64,000 nucleotides of DNA from Diplonema japonicum (lineage: Eukaryota; Protista; Euglenozoa: Diplonemea). The notes beneath the pieces were generated by a model. That model was given only the letters and a program-made list of their open reading frames with translations. It was not told the origin of the DNA and made no database searches. Positions 9,030-19,991 of this stretch are shown here, piece after piece. The position numbers were made by a program, and so were the translations under genes. How positions within the stretch are numbered: the stretch's first letter is position 1; each line of letters starts with the position of its first letter. The stretch covers positions 62,001 through 126,000 of the forward strand of contig OZ025675.1 in NCBI GenBank assembly GCA_964019335.1, given 5' to 3'.

Positions 9030-9191
9030 CAGCGAGCTGTAGCTTAACCAAGATTCGGCGCTCGTGCAGTTTGCTGCCTGATCGTCACCCTGAGCATTTG
9101 CAATACGTTCTTCACCTGGGCGCTACCGGTGATGACCGACGAGGAAGTCACCAGCGAACATATTTCCATGTAAAGAAACTTCACGCTCACC
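9030..9191 (-). mobile_element. Ribozyme-SINE 5' fragment with degenerate HDV-like ribozyme, just downstream of the stop of gene 9233..11464
   Basis: Minus strand GGTGA(9191)...GCTGGTG ACT TCCTCGTC GGT CATCACC GG...CTCAGGGTGA CGAT CAGGCAGC. Confidence 0.8.
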
Positions 9192-9232
9192 AATCTTCGA
9201 AGGCTCGTCAGACCAACTGGAGTGCTGGAGTA

Positions 9233-11464
9233 CTAAGGCTGACCTTCAGTGGGTGCCACATTGCCAGTATAGATGGAGTCCAAGGCCCGAACCCTCAGCT
9301 CGTACACATTCAGGCTCAGGGCAGAATCAGAAGCATCAGAATAGAACTCGAACCGAACACTGTCCATCGCACACAGCTCCTCCGCCACGCTCCCATACAG
9401 GCAGAACACATCATCCTTCACTCCCAATGAGCACAGCGACCCTGCCACATCCACACACCTACCTAAGACTGTCACGAACTTCTGCTTGTTGCTCCCAACT
9501 GTCCCATGCCGAACATCACTGCTGGACAGACCGATATGCAGTTTAGCAGGAGTCTCATGTTTCTCATAAGTACTGCTGCTCGACACACGTTGTATGGATG
9601 TCACGAAGGAGAGGGAGTTCTCGATGTGTGTGGGGCAGGGACGGGAGGTGTTCCACCCAACAGCAACCCTGCTGCCCTGAACAGAGATGAGGACCCCATG
9701 TGACCTCTCAGTGCACATCATCACCTTCGTAAGTATATCATTGATGATGAAGGTAGCATCTGCAGCGTCATACGAGCTGGGCAGCTTCATTTCCAGCAGC
9801 CCTACACTGGCTGAGGCCGTTGCAACCAGTATCGTGTCGGTGCGCATGGTGCGTAGTGTGGACATAGTGTCGGTCATCAGCGTGCCTTGCGGTGTGTGTG
9901 GCCTCTGCACAAGGCGCCTGTCTTCCCTGCTGAGGAGGAGTTGTGACTCGACGTAAGGTACCCTGCCGTAGAGGTCCTTGTGTATCAGTATGTACGGGTG
10001 TACTGGGCCAGAAACGCCTTTCAACTTCACCTCACCCATAGGTATCACCACAGTCCCGGAAGATAAATCCACACACGCCATGTGCTCCATGACCTGTTCA
10101 GTGACAGCAACAGCACCCCCAATACAGGCCCCTTCCATCCGAGCCGCCTTGTTCACAGTGTTCCCGAAGTAGTCGTACCTGCCTGTCAAGGTGTTCAGCT
10201 GCACATCAACCTCACCAAAGTGAACACCGATCCGAACACGAAGCCCACACCAAGGACCGTCCTCATTCCAAGCACAGTGGTCAAGGTTGAGAAGCTCCTG
10301 CGGCCAGTTGCTGTTCACCAGCCTCTCCTGAACAGACAGGGAAAAGGAAACAGCATTGGTGATGCTCTCGAAGGCCACCATGAAGGCGTCCCCAATGGTC
10401 TTCACCTCGTACCCGTTGTGCTCAGAAAGACACTCCCGCATCACATTGTTGTGAACCTTCAGACCCTCCTTCATCCCCTCAGGGCAGGCCTCCCATGTTG
10501 CCGTTGATCCTTGGATGTCGGTGAAGACAAGGGCGGCCTTCCCTGTCTCGAGACCGGGTGTCGGCACGTCAAGAAAGTGCGCTCCTGTGTGCTGAATCTC
10601 ATCGAAGACGGCCTCGGGTAGGTAAGGGCGATACCGGTGAAGGTTGTTCAAGATGTTGCAGAATGCGCTGTGGAGGGGAGGGGGCAGGGGGGAGTCGTTG
10701 AGGACCGCTTGTGCTCGTTCAAGGTCGAAGCGGGAGAGGGTCTCGGCGATGGTCTCCGCTGCGGAGATCACATTCTCCATCTTTTCATGCTCCCTGTAGA
10801 GACGGCTGGCGAAACCACGGGTGAAGTAGAAGTCAAGCAGGAAGATGGCTGTCTGCCCAAAGAGGAAGATCACGCTACTCAACAGGCTCCTCTCGCAGGG
10901 GAAGTTCTGGCAAGAATAGTTCTCCTGACGACGTTCTTGTGAAGGCAAGAAGGAGAAGTCATAGAAGCCAAACCTGAAAGAGGACTCAATGGTGGTGATG
11001 ATGAACCAGAGTATGGTTATAGCAATGATGTTCCGTGTGACGCGTGTCTTCAGCCTGCAGACAAGCGCTATGTCAATGAGAAGGATGAGCCCACTCCACA
11101 TGAGCACCCTGCCAATGGTGAGGGAGACCCAGTCAATCAAATATGCTGTCAACATGAAGCCGTACATGCAGAACTCAACGACAAGGGGCCGTAACTTCCC
11201 TTCATAAAGCATCTGCCCAGCCAAGAAGACACCACAAAGGAAACCCGGGAGCGACACCAGGTTCTCGAAAGAAAAGCCAAACCCCGTGACTATCCCTGCG
11301 CCATAGATCATTGCCGACAAGATGCCTGTGGTCAGCAGCAACTTCTTTTTGAACAGTGCCTGAGGGCCGTCCCCAGGCTCAGTGAGGTGCTCACTCACAT
11401 ATGACTGCAAGCGCGTGAAGCACCCCAACAATGCAGCCGCCATATTCTTCCCCCTTAGTGTCAT
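9233..11464 (-). CDS. Receptor-type adenylate cyclase, 6-TM type (743 aa; alternative start 11443)
   Basis: Same catalytic motifs and architecture as 3087..5258. Confidence 0.95.
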   Translation of the reverse strand: MTLRGKNMAAALLGCFTRLQSYVSEHLTEPGDGPQALFKKKLLLTTGILSAMIYGAGIVTGFGFSFENLVSLPGFLCGVFLAGQMLYEGKLRPLVVEFCMYGFMLTAYLIDWVSLTIGRVLMWSGLILLIDIALVCRLKTRVTRNIIAITILWFIITTIESSFRFGFYDFSFLPSQERRQENYSCQNFPCERSLLSSVIFLFGQTAIFLLDFYFTRGFASRLYREHEKMENVISAAETIAETLSRFDLERAQAVLNDSPLPPPLHSAFCNILNNLHRYRPYLPEAVFDEIQHTGAHFLDVPTPGLETGKAALVFTDIQGSTATWEACPEGMKEGLKVHNNVMRECLSEHNGYEVKTIGDAFMVAFESITNAVSFSLSVQERLVNSNWPQELLNLDHCAWNEDGPWCGLRVRIGVHFGEVDVQLNTLTGRYDYFGNTVNKAARMEGACIGGAVAVTEQVMEHMACVDLSSGTVVIPMGEVKLKGVSGPVHPYILIHKDLYGRVPYVESQLLLSREDRRLVQRPHTPQGTLMTDTMSTLRTMRTDTILVATASASVGLLEMKLPSSYDAADATFIINDILTKVMMCTERSHGVLISVQGSRVAVGWNTSRPCPTHIENSLSFVTSIQRVSSSSTYEKHETPAKLHIGLSSSDVRHGTVGSNKQKFVTVLGRCVDVAGSLCSLGVKDDVFCLYGSVAEELCAMDSVRFEFYSDASDSALSLNVYELRVRALDSIYTGNVAPTEGQP

Positions 11465-11721
11465 GTATTTCTTGAAAAGGAATCAAACAGGGCACAAAAA
11501 AAGAAGAAAAAAGAAACATCTAGATTCCCATCTGACTAATTTATATATGAGTTAAAGGATCTTCTTTATGAGACGCCCCCTTGTCATACCTGTATCTATC
11601 CCCCTCAACGGTTCAAACAAGACAAAACAAAACAAAACAAAAACAGTTCATATCTTTTAATTCGTTCGTAGGAAGTGAAAAAATGCAAAACAAAGAACAT
11701 ATTGATTAAGGATGTTCTTTG

Positions 11722-11837
11722 CAAAAAACTAGTTTGGCGCTTCATTTTGTTTGTGCGCACGAGCGGAATTTTACCTAATAAAAATAGCTCATTACGCTGC
11801 CATCAACTAGTTTTAATCTCGACAATAATATTGTTAA
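11722..11837. repeat. Repeat family A copy (target of the piggyBac insertion)
   Basis: Matches 1712-1845. Its tail ...ATATTGTTAA|AACAAAAA resumes after 14051. Confidence 0.85.
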
Positions 11838-12192
11838 CCATTAAAGGACGAAGCGCTAGATATCTAGCGATCAAAAAATTAAAATTTTTGTATAGGCATT
11901 TTAAGTACCATAGACCCTTACCCTTGCACAGAATGACCTAGTTCCGCGATTTCTTTTCCATCGAAAATCACTTTTGGCCCCTAGATTAACCTCCAAAAAC
12001 ACCCTCGAAACCAGTTTTTGGTGGCACGAAAGCTCATATGAGCAGTACTGATTCAGACGAGTTCGGGAGTGCCCAAGGGGACATTCTCACTGACGATGGG
12101 ACCTCACCTAGAGCCAGTAGTGACGAGAAGAGTGAAAATATGCCCTGGGAGAGCGATATTACGCAGGTTACGCGTAAGAAGTGACAGGACAC

Positions 12193-12223
<31 letters not shown>

Positions 12224-14047
12224 AAATCACCCTTTTCCCACATGAGTGCATCAAGGATTTCCAAGCTGTTCATCTCAATGGGGTTTGTGAAATCTCTTTG
12301 CACCGTTTGCAAGTACCACAACCCTGACTTTGACTTCACTGTGGACGATATCTATCAGTTTGTGGCCTTGTGGGTGCTCATGGACATCATCCGCAAGGCT
12401 GGCATAAAAGATTACTGGCCGACCATTTGTGCCCTCGCCACACCTTTTTTTGGCAAGTGTAATGAAACGTTACTGCTTTTTGCGCTTACAGCGGTCGTTG
12501 CATTTTGGAGGGGTGAAGAGACAGACAGGTTGCAAAAAATAAGATTCTTGCTCCCCTACCTGTCTGCAACACTATTCCCCCGGAGAATCGATCATTGATG
12601 AGAGTATGATCAAGTCACACGGTAGGCATCGCTTCAGAGTATTCCAACCTGCAAAGAGGATAGGTGAGGCTGTGCACCGGACAGGATCTGACACAGGGTC
12701 GTGTTCAACTTGTCGATCTACTGTCCGCAGTGCTAATACCATTGTAAAAGCGTGAAAAAGCAATCAAACACAGCACTGTGGACCCCGATGTGAGGTATCT
12801 CAGCACTTGGCATATTACCTTCCCATTTGGTGAAGGTCATTGTAGGGGGGTGCTGGTGTTTGGGAGCCCTGACTCGCGTGCAGGATTGGCGTACCACGTG
12901 ATCACTGCAGAAGCACCAATGCTTATGATGCCAAAAAAGGACAACATGGCAACCAGAATGTCTCGGCGGCGGAGCTCTACTTCGAGCTTCTTGTCCTGCA
13001 GCTCGAGCGCGACAATGAAAGCTCTTACAACATTCTCCCGTATCTCCTGCGGTGCCTTCAATGGCGTCTTGCTTGACATGAAGTGAACGTCGTGCTCAGT
13101 CTGAAAGCGCACCCCACGTGACTTGTCGATGCCACTATTCGTGTCCACCTGGTGGATGGCTCGGCATCGATAGCGTTCCCCTTGTACCCCGGCATCGATA
13201 ACTTCTATACTGGCGTTACCCTTGTACAACAGATGTGGGAATCGGGTTTGTGGTGGAAACAATCCGAGGAAAGTCCAGTCAATGGTGGTAACAATCCGAA
13301 GAAAACCGACAGAATGTACCTAATCTTGCTCCAGTGAAGAAGCAAGTAGGCCCAGGCAGACCCAAAAACGGGTTCGCGATGAGCGACAACAGCTTTTCGA
13401 CTGTTATGCGCCAGTCCGGAAACAACCGCCCAGCAAGCACCCGTTCTGAAATGGGGACCGAGGGGCCCAGGAAAGATGCCAGGCGCGACTTCACAAAGGT
13501 CACTGGTCCAAAAAACTGGATGCAGCAAGACAATGCACACACCACATGCGTGTTTTGGGGGTCCGGGTGCAAACTATCTTCATCTGCAAGGCTTGTAACG
13601 TGCATCTGTGCCCAGCTCGCTTTGCGGACTATCACGAACCAGTGGTTTACCCACCCCAATCTACCCCCTCTGGAGGCCCGGCCACACCGAAGAAACGCCT
13701 AAGGTACCAGCGTCTCCAAACACATACCCTTCTCCCCAGGTCGTCATCTGAGCCAAGTCCCAAAAGCAAAACCCCCCCTAGCACTCCGAGGCCCAAGCGA
13801 AAAAAGTAAGGAAGTGTCTAACCTATGGGTGGGGTTTTACAATAAATTTCACTTCAATTCCTTATTCTATTCACTTCCCAGGGCCTTTGAGGGGCGTCTG
13901 GGGGTGTTTTTTGTCCCTCCTAGGTGATGTATTTTCTTTTACACAAGCGTCGTTCTATGGTTGCATGCTCGAGGATGTTTTAATTTTAGAAAATAAAAAA
14001 GTCGATGGTGACCTTTTTTTTGCCCAAAAACCCCCGTCCTTTAATGG
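11838..14047 (+). mobile_element. piggyBac-superfamily DNA transposon (defective, both ends intact)
   Basis: TTAA duplication at 11834-11837 and 14048-14051; perfect 13-bp TIRs CCATTAAAGGACG / CGTCCTTTAATGG; transposase remnants inside. Confidence 0.95.
12038..13809 (+). pseudogene. piggyBac transposase pseudogene
   Basis: Acidic N-terminus MSSTDSDEF; FVALWVLMDIIRKAGIKDYW...TPFF; DRLQKIR; IDESMIKSHGR (12594); IDNFYT (13194); Cys-rich TIFICKACNVHLC...DYH. Several frameshifts, a stop, and no recognisable third catalytic Asp region. Confidence 0.9.
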
Positions 14048-14407
14048 TTAAAACAAAAAATAAATCAAAAAAAATCAATCTATTCTTATTGCGCACCCTA
14101 CTGTGGACTAAATATTCTACGCGTGCCTGTCACCATTGGCTTCATCCACAGCCCCTCCATTGAGAAAAGAGATAAGAAAAGGAAAACCCCGAGATATGTA
14201 AAATAATCACAAAATCGAATACAGCCAGCATCCTTTCCCACACAATAGAGCTTTTGATATTTTATTTCTTGCAGAAAAAGAAAGGGCAATCACCCATAAT
14301 GGGGGGGGCTTAATACTCCCCTCCTAAAAAGAACCAAAGGGAACGTGCATTCAAAATATGCCGTCCATCATTTTTGGACTAAGATGTCAGCGATCGAAAG
14401 ATGTAAC

Positions 14408-14480
14408 ACAAGTGTCTTTTTATGGCTGCATGCTTGAGAGTGTTTTAATTTTAGAGAATTAAAAAAGCCGAAAATGGCGA
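14408..14480 (+). repeat. Degenerate copy of the piggyBac right subterminal region
   Basis: ACAAGTGTC...TATGGCTGCATGCTTGAGAGTGTTTTAATTTTAGA aligns with 13943-14010. Confidence 0.7.
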
Positions 14481-15009
14481 CAAGACGGCTGAAAGGCTTC
14501 AGTATCCACACCGCCAGAGAGAGAGAAATAACAGAAACATACATATATATATCGAATGTAAAGAGGGGTGCAGGCCTCCTGCTCCGCCTCCTCCAACAGG
14601 TATGGGCTGTGTGTCATATTAAATTCTGAATTGAAAAAGGAATAAATGAGCTGAAGGAAGTCTTTGTGAGATGGTCACAACACATGCCCACAGCAAACAA
14701 ACAAAATGGCTGGAACAAAGTGACGTGGTCATAATGGTCAATCTTTCTTTTTTCTCTGCGGCCAGCTCTTCTGAAGTGCCATGATCCCGAAAAGACTTAT
14801 ACAAGAAAGGTCCAACAATCCGACATTCTTAGCAGGTTTCTGTTTGTTTTCTGTTCTCTTGCTTCTTGCCAAGCAAAGGAAAGAAGCAGGGGGTGGGGGA
14901 GTGAAAGAGCAGCAGCAGAAATCACCTTTTCCGGTGGATCTGGGAATTAAAATTAAAGAAACTGATACAAACATTAAACAAGAACACCAGACCGAAGGCC
15001 AATATCTCA

Positions 15010-17166
15010 TCAAGACACAGCAAAAGGCTCGCCCTCCGGAACAGAGTTGAAGTCCTGAACACATGCTTCGTACACAACGCAGTCTGCTACCACGTAAAGC
15101 CTGAATCTTATGCTATCTATCGCACACAGCTCCTCAGCCACGCTCCCATACAGGCAGAACACATCATCCTTCACTCCCAATGAGCACAGCGACCCTGCCA
15201 CATCCACACACCTACCAAAGACTGTCACGAACTTCTGCCTTCTTCCCCCGACTGTCCCATGCTTCACCTCACTGTTCGACAGCCCGATGTGAATCCGAGT
15301 CTTCGACCGTTCAGGGTCCACCATTCTGTAGAATGATACAACGAAGGAGAGGGAGTTCTCGATGTGTGTGGGGCAGGGACGGGAGGTGTTCCACCCAACA
15401 GCAACCCTGCTGCCCTGAACAGAGATGAGGACCCCATGTGACCTCTCAGTGCACATCATCACCTTCGCAAGTGTGTCGTTCACAACGAGTGAAGTCTCCG
15501 CAACGTCATATACTTCGGGAAGCCTCATGTCCAGAACACCTACGCTTGCTGAGGATGATGATAAAAGCATCATTTCACGCCCTGCCTCATGTATGCTGTG
15601 CCCAATTGTCAGGGAATTAGAAGGTCGGCTGTTGCCAGCTGCCTGAAAGAGCCGTCGTTCCCCCCTGCTGAGGAGGAGCTGTGACTCGATGAAAGGTCGT
15701 CTGCCAGAGAGATTGTCAGGAAGCAAAATAGAGGGATACAAAGGGTCAGACACACCCTTCAGCCTCACTCTTCCCATCGGTATCGTGATAATGTCGACAG
15801 GAAGCTCAACCAGATCCATGACCTCCTCAGTGACAGCAACAGCACCCCCAACACAGGCCCCTTCCATCCGAGCCGCCTTGTTCACAGTGTTCCCGAAGTA
15901 GTCGTACCTGCCTGTCAAGGTGTTCAGCTGCACATCAACCTCACCAAAGTGAACACCAATCCGAACACGAAGCCCACACCAAGGACCGTCGTCATTCAAA
16001 GCACAGTGGTCAAGGAGGAGAAGCTCCTGTGGCCACACACTTTTCACGAGCCCCTCCTGAACAGACAGGGAAAAGGAGACAGCATCAGAAGGGTCCTCAA
16101 AGGCCACCATGAAGGAGTCCCCAATGGTCTTCACCTCGTACCCGTTGTGCTCAGAAAGACACTCCCGCATCACATTGTTGTGAACCTTCAGACCCTCCTT
16201 CATCCCCTCAGGGCAGGCCTCCCATGTTGCCGTCGATCCTTGGATGTCGGTGAAGACAATAGCTGTTTGACCAGAGATAAGACCAGGTGCCGGTGCTTCC
16301 TTTGCACGCTTTCCTGTGTGCTGAAGGCCATCGAAGACAGCACCAGGGATGTAAGGGCGGTAGACATGGAGGTTTGACAGGATATTACTGAAGGCATTGT
16401 GGAGGGGAGGGGGAAGGGGGGAAGTGTCGAGGGCTGCCTGAGCACGGACAAGGTCGAAATGAGAGAGGGTCTCGGCGATGTTCTCAGCAGCAAGGATAAC
16501 ATTCTCCATCTTTTGGCGCTCCGCGTAGAGACGGCTGGCGAATCCACGCGTGAAGTAGAAGTCAAGCAGGAAGATGGCAACCCGCCCGTATAAGATAATA
16601 ATAGCGTTAGAAAGTATGGGCTTGGTACACGGGAGGTGGGTGCAGCTGAATACATCCCGACGGTCCTCCTGTGACGGGAGGAAGGAGAAGTCATAGAAAC
16701 CGATGCGGAAGGAGGACTCGATGGCGTTCACGACAAACCAGACTAGCGAGGCGATGATGATGTTCCGTGTGGCGCGGGGCGGTAGCCTGCAGACAAGCGC
16801 GACGTCGAGCAGCAGGATGATGAAGGACCACATTAGTGGGTTGCTCAGCGCAGCACTTGAGTAGTCGCCTATCAAAATACCCAGCATGTAGCTGTACATG
16901 ACCACCTCTGCTACTCCGGGTCGCACCTTCTTTTCGAACAGCAGCTGACATAACAGCACAACACTTGCAACAAGCCCTGGCATGGCGGTGACGCGGCGTA
17001 TGTCTGCAAACCTCAAATTATTCACAATGAAGATGAAAACGTTGGTCAGCAGCCCTGCGAGCCCAGCGAAGAACAACGCTTTCTTTTCGAACAGCACTTG
17101 CTGGTCGTCCCCCGGCTCCCCGATGAGCTTGTTCACGTAGGCCAACAAGTTCTCTAAGTAGCCCAT
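15010..17166 (-). CDS. Receptor-type adenylate cyclase, 6-TM type (718 aa)
   Basis: Full motif set and intact ORF. Confidence 0.95.
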   Translation of the reverse strand: MGYLENLLAYVNKLIGEPGDDQQVLFEKKALFFAGLAGLLTNVFIFIVNNLRFADIRRVTAMPGLVASVVLLCQLLFEKKVRPGVAEVVMYSYMLGILIGDYSSAALSNPLMWSFIILLLDVALVCRLPPRATRNIIIASLVWFVVNAIESSFRIGFYDFSFLPSQEDRRDVFSCTHLPCTKPILSNAIIILYGRVAIFLLDFYFTRGFASRLYAERQKMENVILAAENIAETLSHFDLVRAQAALDTSPLPPPLHNAFSNILSNLHVYRPYIPGAVFDGLQHTGKRAKEAPAPGLISGQTAIVFTDIQGSTATWEACPEGMKEGLKVHNNVMRECLSEHNGYEVKTIGDSFMVAFEDPSDAVSFSLSVQEGLVKSVWPQELLLLDHCALNDDGPWCGLRVRIGVHFGEVDVQLNTLTGRYDYFGNTVNKAARMEGACVGGAVAVTEEVMDLVELPVDIITIPMGRVRLKGVSDPLYPSILLPDNLSGRRPFIESQLLLSRGERRLFQAAGNSRPSNSLTIGHSIHEAGREMMLLSSSSASVGVLDMRLPEVYDVAETSLVVNDTLAKVMMCTERSHGVLISVQGSRVAVGWNTSRPCPTHIENSLSFVVSFYRMVDPERSKTRIHIGLSNSEVKHGTVGGRRQKFVTVFGRCVDVAGSLCSLGVKDDVFCLYGSVAEELCAIDSIRFRLYVVADCVVYEACVQDFNSVPEGEPFAVS

Positions 17167-17858
17167 ACTTGCTCACCTGTAACAATAATCGACGAGATAT
17201 ACTCAAGAAAATCAATCAAAAGGAATCGTTCGCATCCTATGAAAGCAGGAACAAAGGAGAAAAGAAAACGGAGGTAGATACCTGCTTCGAGATGATCCAA
17301 TATAGGGACTTAGGTGCCCTTTGGACCGAAAGGATGCAGTTCAACAGCATCATGGTTGCAGAATAAAAATCAGGTAAATTAAAAAGAGCTAAGAGAATTC
17401 AAAAGAAAGAAAAAAGAGTACCTTTCAACCGTGTCAAAGTTAAATTAGAGTTTAATTTAACAAAACGCGCACCTAAAGGTCTCGCTGCCCTCTTTAAGAA
17501 GAAAAAGAAAGGGTGCTAAACACAAAAAAGAAGACAAGAGAAAAAGGAGGAGGAGGCATGGTCACTATCACCGGAATACCAAGGTATGGCATCACGAGAA
17601 AAAAGAATAAGGGTGCCTCGTGACCTACGTTCAGATAAAATCTCTGCCGCAATAAGATGAATTCTGCGCGTGCTGAGATTTTCGTTCTCTTGTCTAAAAA
17701 CTAGTTTGGCACTTCACTTGCTTGTGCTCACGAGCGGAATTGTGCCAACAATAACTCCCAGCTTGCATTTCAAGCTGAGGCACAGGGCAAAAAAGGGAGG
17801 TAGGAACAATCTTTTCGGGTTCTTTACTGCTTTTTTTCGTTTTTTTCTTTTTTTGATA

Positions 17859-19991
17859 CTAGGCCTTAACACTCACCTCATACACATTCAGCCCCAAACC
17901 TGTCACAGCAGCCTCTGCATGAAGCTCGAACCGAACACCGTCCATCGCACACAGCTCCTCAGCCACGCTCCCATACAGGCAGAACACATCATCCTTCACT
18001 CCCAATGAGCACAGCGACCCTGCCACATCCACACACCTACCTAAGACTGTCACGAACTTCTGCTTCTTTCCCCCGACTGTCCCATGCTTCACCTCACTGC
18101 TGGACAGACCAATGTGGAGCGCACTGTCACGTGGCTGCGTGGTTTCGACGGAGAATATTCTATTGAGAGTGACGACGAAGGAGAGGGAGTTCTCGATGTG
18201 TGTGGGGCAGGGACGGGAGGTGTTCCACCCAACAGCAACCCTGCTGCCCTGAACAGAGATGAGGACCCCATGTGACCTCTCAGTGCACATCATCACCTTC
18301 GCAAGTGTGTCGTTCACAACGAGTGAAGTCTCCGCAGCATTGCACTCATCGGGAAGCCTCATGTCCAGCAGGCCCACGCTTGCTGAGGATGACGGCATGA
18401 GTAGCATCTCGTGTATGCTGTGCTGTGGAATTGAGAGGGATTCCGAGGGTCGGTGGACGACCGGCTGGACAAGGCGCCTGTCCCCCCTGCTGAGGAGGAG
18501 CTGTGACTCGACGAAAGGTGCCCTGCCAGAGAGGCTGCCACAAAGTAAAATGAAAGGATAAACGGGATGGGACACACCCCTCAGCCTCACCTCACCCATG
18601 GGTATTACGACGCTGGCAACCTGTTCTCCGATCTGATCCATGACCTCCTCAGTGACAGCAACAGCACCCCCAACACAGGCCCCTTCCATCCGAGCCGCCT
18701 TGTTCACAGTGTTCCCGAAGTAGTCGTACCTGCCTGTCAAGGTGTTCAGCTGCACATCAACCTCACCAAAGTGAACACCGATCCGAACACGAAGCCCACA
18801 CCAAGGACCGTCGTTATTCCAAGCACAGTGGTCAAGGAGGAGAAGCTCCTGTGGCCAGATGCTGTTCACTAATTTCTCCTGAACAGACAGGGAAAAGGAG
18901 ACAGCATCAAGAGCTTTCTCAAAGGCCACCATGAAGGAGTCCCCAATGGTCTTCACCTCATACCCGTTGTGCTCAGAAAGACACTCCCGCATCACATTGT
19001 TGTGAACCTTCAGACCCTCCCTCATCCCCTCAGGGCAGGCCTCCCATGTTGCCGTCGATCCTTGGATGTCGGTGAAGACAAGGGTCGCTTGGCCAGAGTC
19101 AAGACCAGGTGCAGGAACATCCCTCGAGTGCTCTCCAGCGTGCTGAAGTTCAGCAAAGACAGCATCAGGAACGTAAGGGCGGTAAACCTGGAGGTTTGAC
19201 AAGATGTTACTGAAGGCGTTGTGGAGGGGAGGGGGAAGGGGGGAAGTATCAAGGGCCTCACGTGCCTTGGTGAGGTCGAAGCGGGAGAGGGTCTCGGCGA
19301 TGTTCTCAGCAGCAAGGATAACATTCTCCATCTTTTCATGCTCCGCGTAAAGACGGCTGGAGAATCCACGGGTGAAGTAGAAGTCAAGAATGAAAATAGC
19401 ACTGCGACCGAAAAAAATGACGAGACCCGTGACAAGGAAGGGCCTGGTGCATGGAAGGTCCGTGCAGGCTAGTAAATCATGGCGCTCATCTTGCGATGGA
19501 AGGAAAGAAAAGTCATAGAAGCCGACGCGGAAGGAGGACTCCACGGCGAAGACGGCAAACCATATCAACGAGGCGATGATGATGTTCCGCGTGACGTGTG
19601 ACGGCAGCCGGAGGACGAGCGCGATGTCCAAGAGAACGACGATGGATGACCACATCTGCGGGTTGTAGAGGGTAACAGACACCCAGTCGAAGAGAAGGAA
19701 GCTGAGAACGTCGCTGTACAACACCCACTCGACCAGCTGCTCCCGCACCTTTTTTTCATAAAGCAGCTGAACTAGCAACACGGAGTTCCCCACCAGACCA
19801 GGAGCCGCGCTTAAGCGACGCAGATCATCGAATCTCGCGTTGTTGGAAACGAAAATGTAGCCAAACCCAAAGACAGGCACCACCGCAGCATAAAGAAGTA
19901 CCTTCTTCTTGAAAAGCAGCTGCGTGCTTTCGTCCGACTGGTCACCTATGAGCTTATTCACACATGCCAAGAAGCCTACGACACAGCCCAT
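17859..19991 (-). CDS. Receptor-type adenylate cyclase, 6-TM type (710 aa from MGCVVG)
   Basis: Full motif set. Start set at ATG 19991 by alignment with paralogues; the track's upstream extension is low-complexity sequence with a non-ATG start. Confidence 0.93.
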   Translation of the reverse strand: MGCVVGFLACVNKLIGDQSDESTQLLFKKKVLLYAAVVPVFGFGYIFVSNNARFDDLRRLSAAPGLVGNSVLLVQLLYEKKVREQLVEWVLYSDVLSFLLFDWVSVTLYNPQMWSSIVVLLDIALVLRLPSHVTRNIIIASLIWFAVFAVESSFRVGFYDFSFLPSQDERHDLLACTDLPCTRPFLVTGLVIFFGRSAIFILDFYFTRGFSSRLYAEHEKMENVILAAENIAETLSRFDLTKAREALDTSPLPPPLHNAFSNILSNLQVYRPYVPDAVFAELQHAGEHSRDVPAPGLDSGQATLVFTDIQGSTATWEACPEGMREGLKVHNNVMRECLSEHNGYEVKTIGDSFMVAFEKALDAVSFSLSVQEKLVNSIWPQELLLLDHCAWNNDGPWCGLRVRIGVHFGEVDVQLNTLTGRYDYFGNTVNKAARMEGACVGGAVAVTEEVMDQIGEQVASVVIPMGEVRLRGVSHPVYPFILLCGSLSGRAPFVESQLLLSRGDRRLVQPVVHRPSESLSIPQHSIHEMLLMPSSSASVGLLDMRLPDECNAAETSLVVNDTLAKVMMCTERSHGVLISVQGSRVAVGWNTSRPCPTHIENSLSFVVTLNRIFSVETTQPRDSALHIGLSSSEVKHGTVGGKKQKFVTVLGRCVDVAGSLCSLGVKDDVFCLYGSVAEELCAMDGVRFELHAEAAVTGLGLNVYEVSVKA

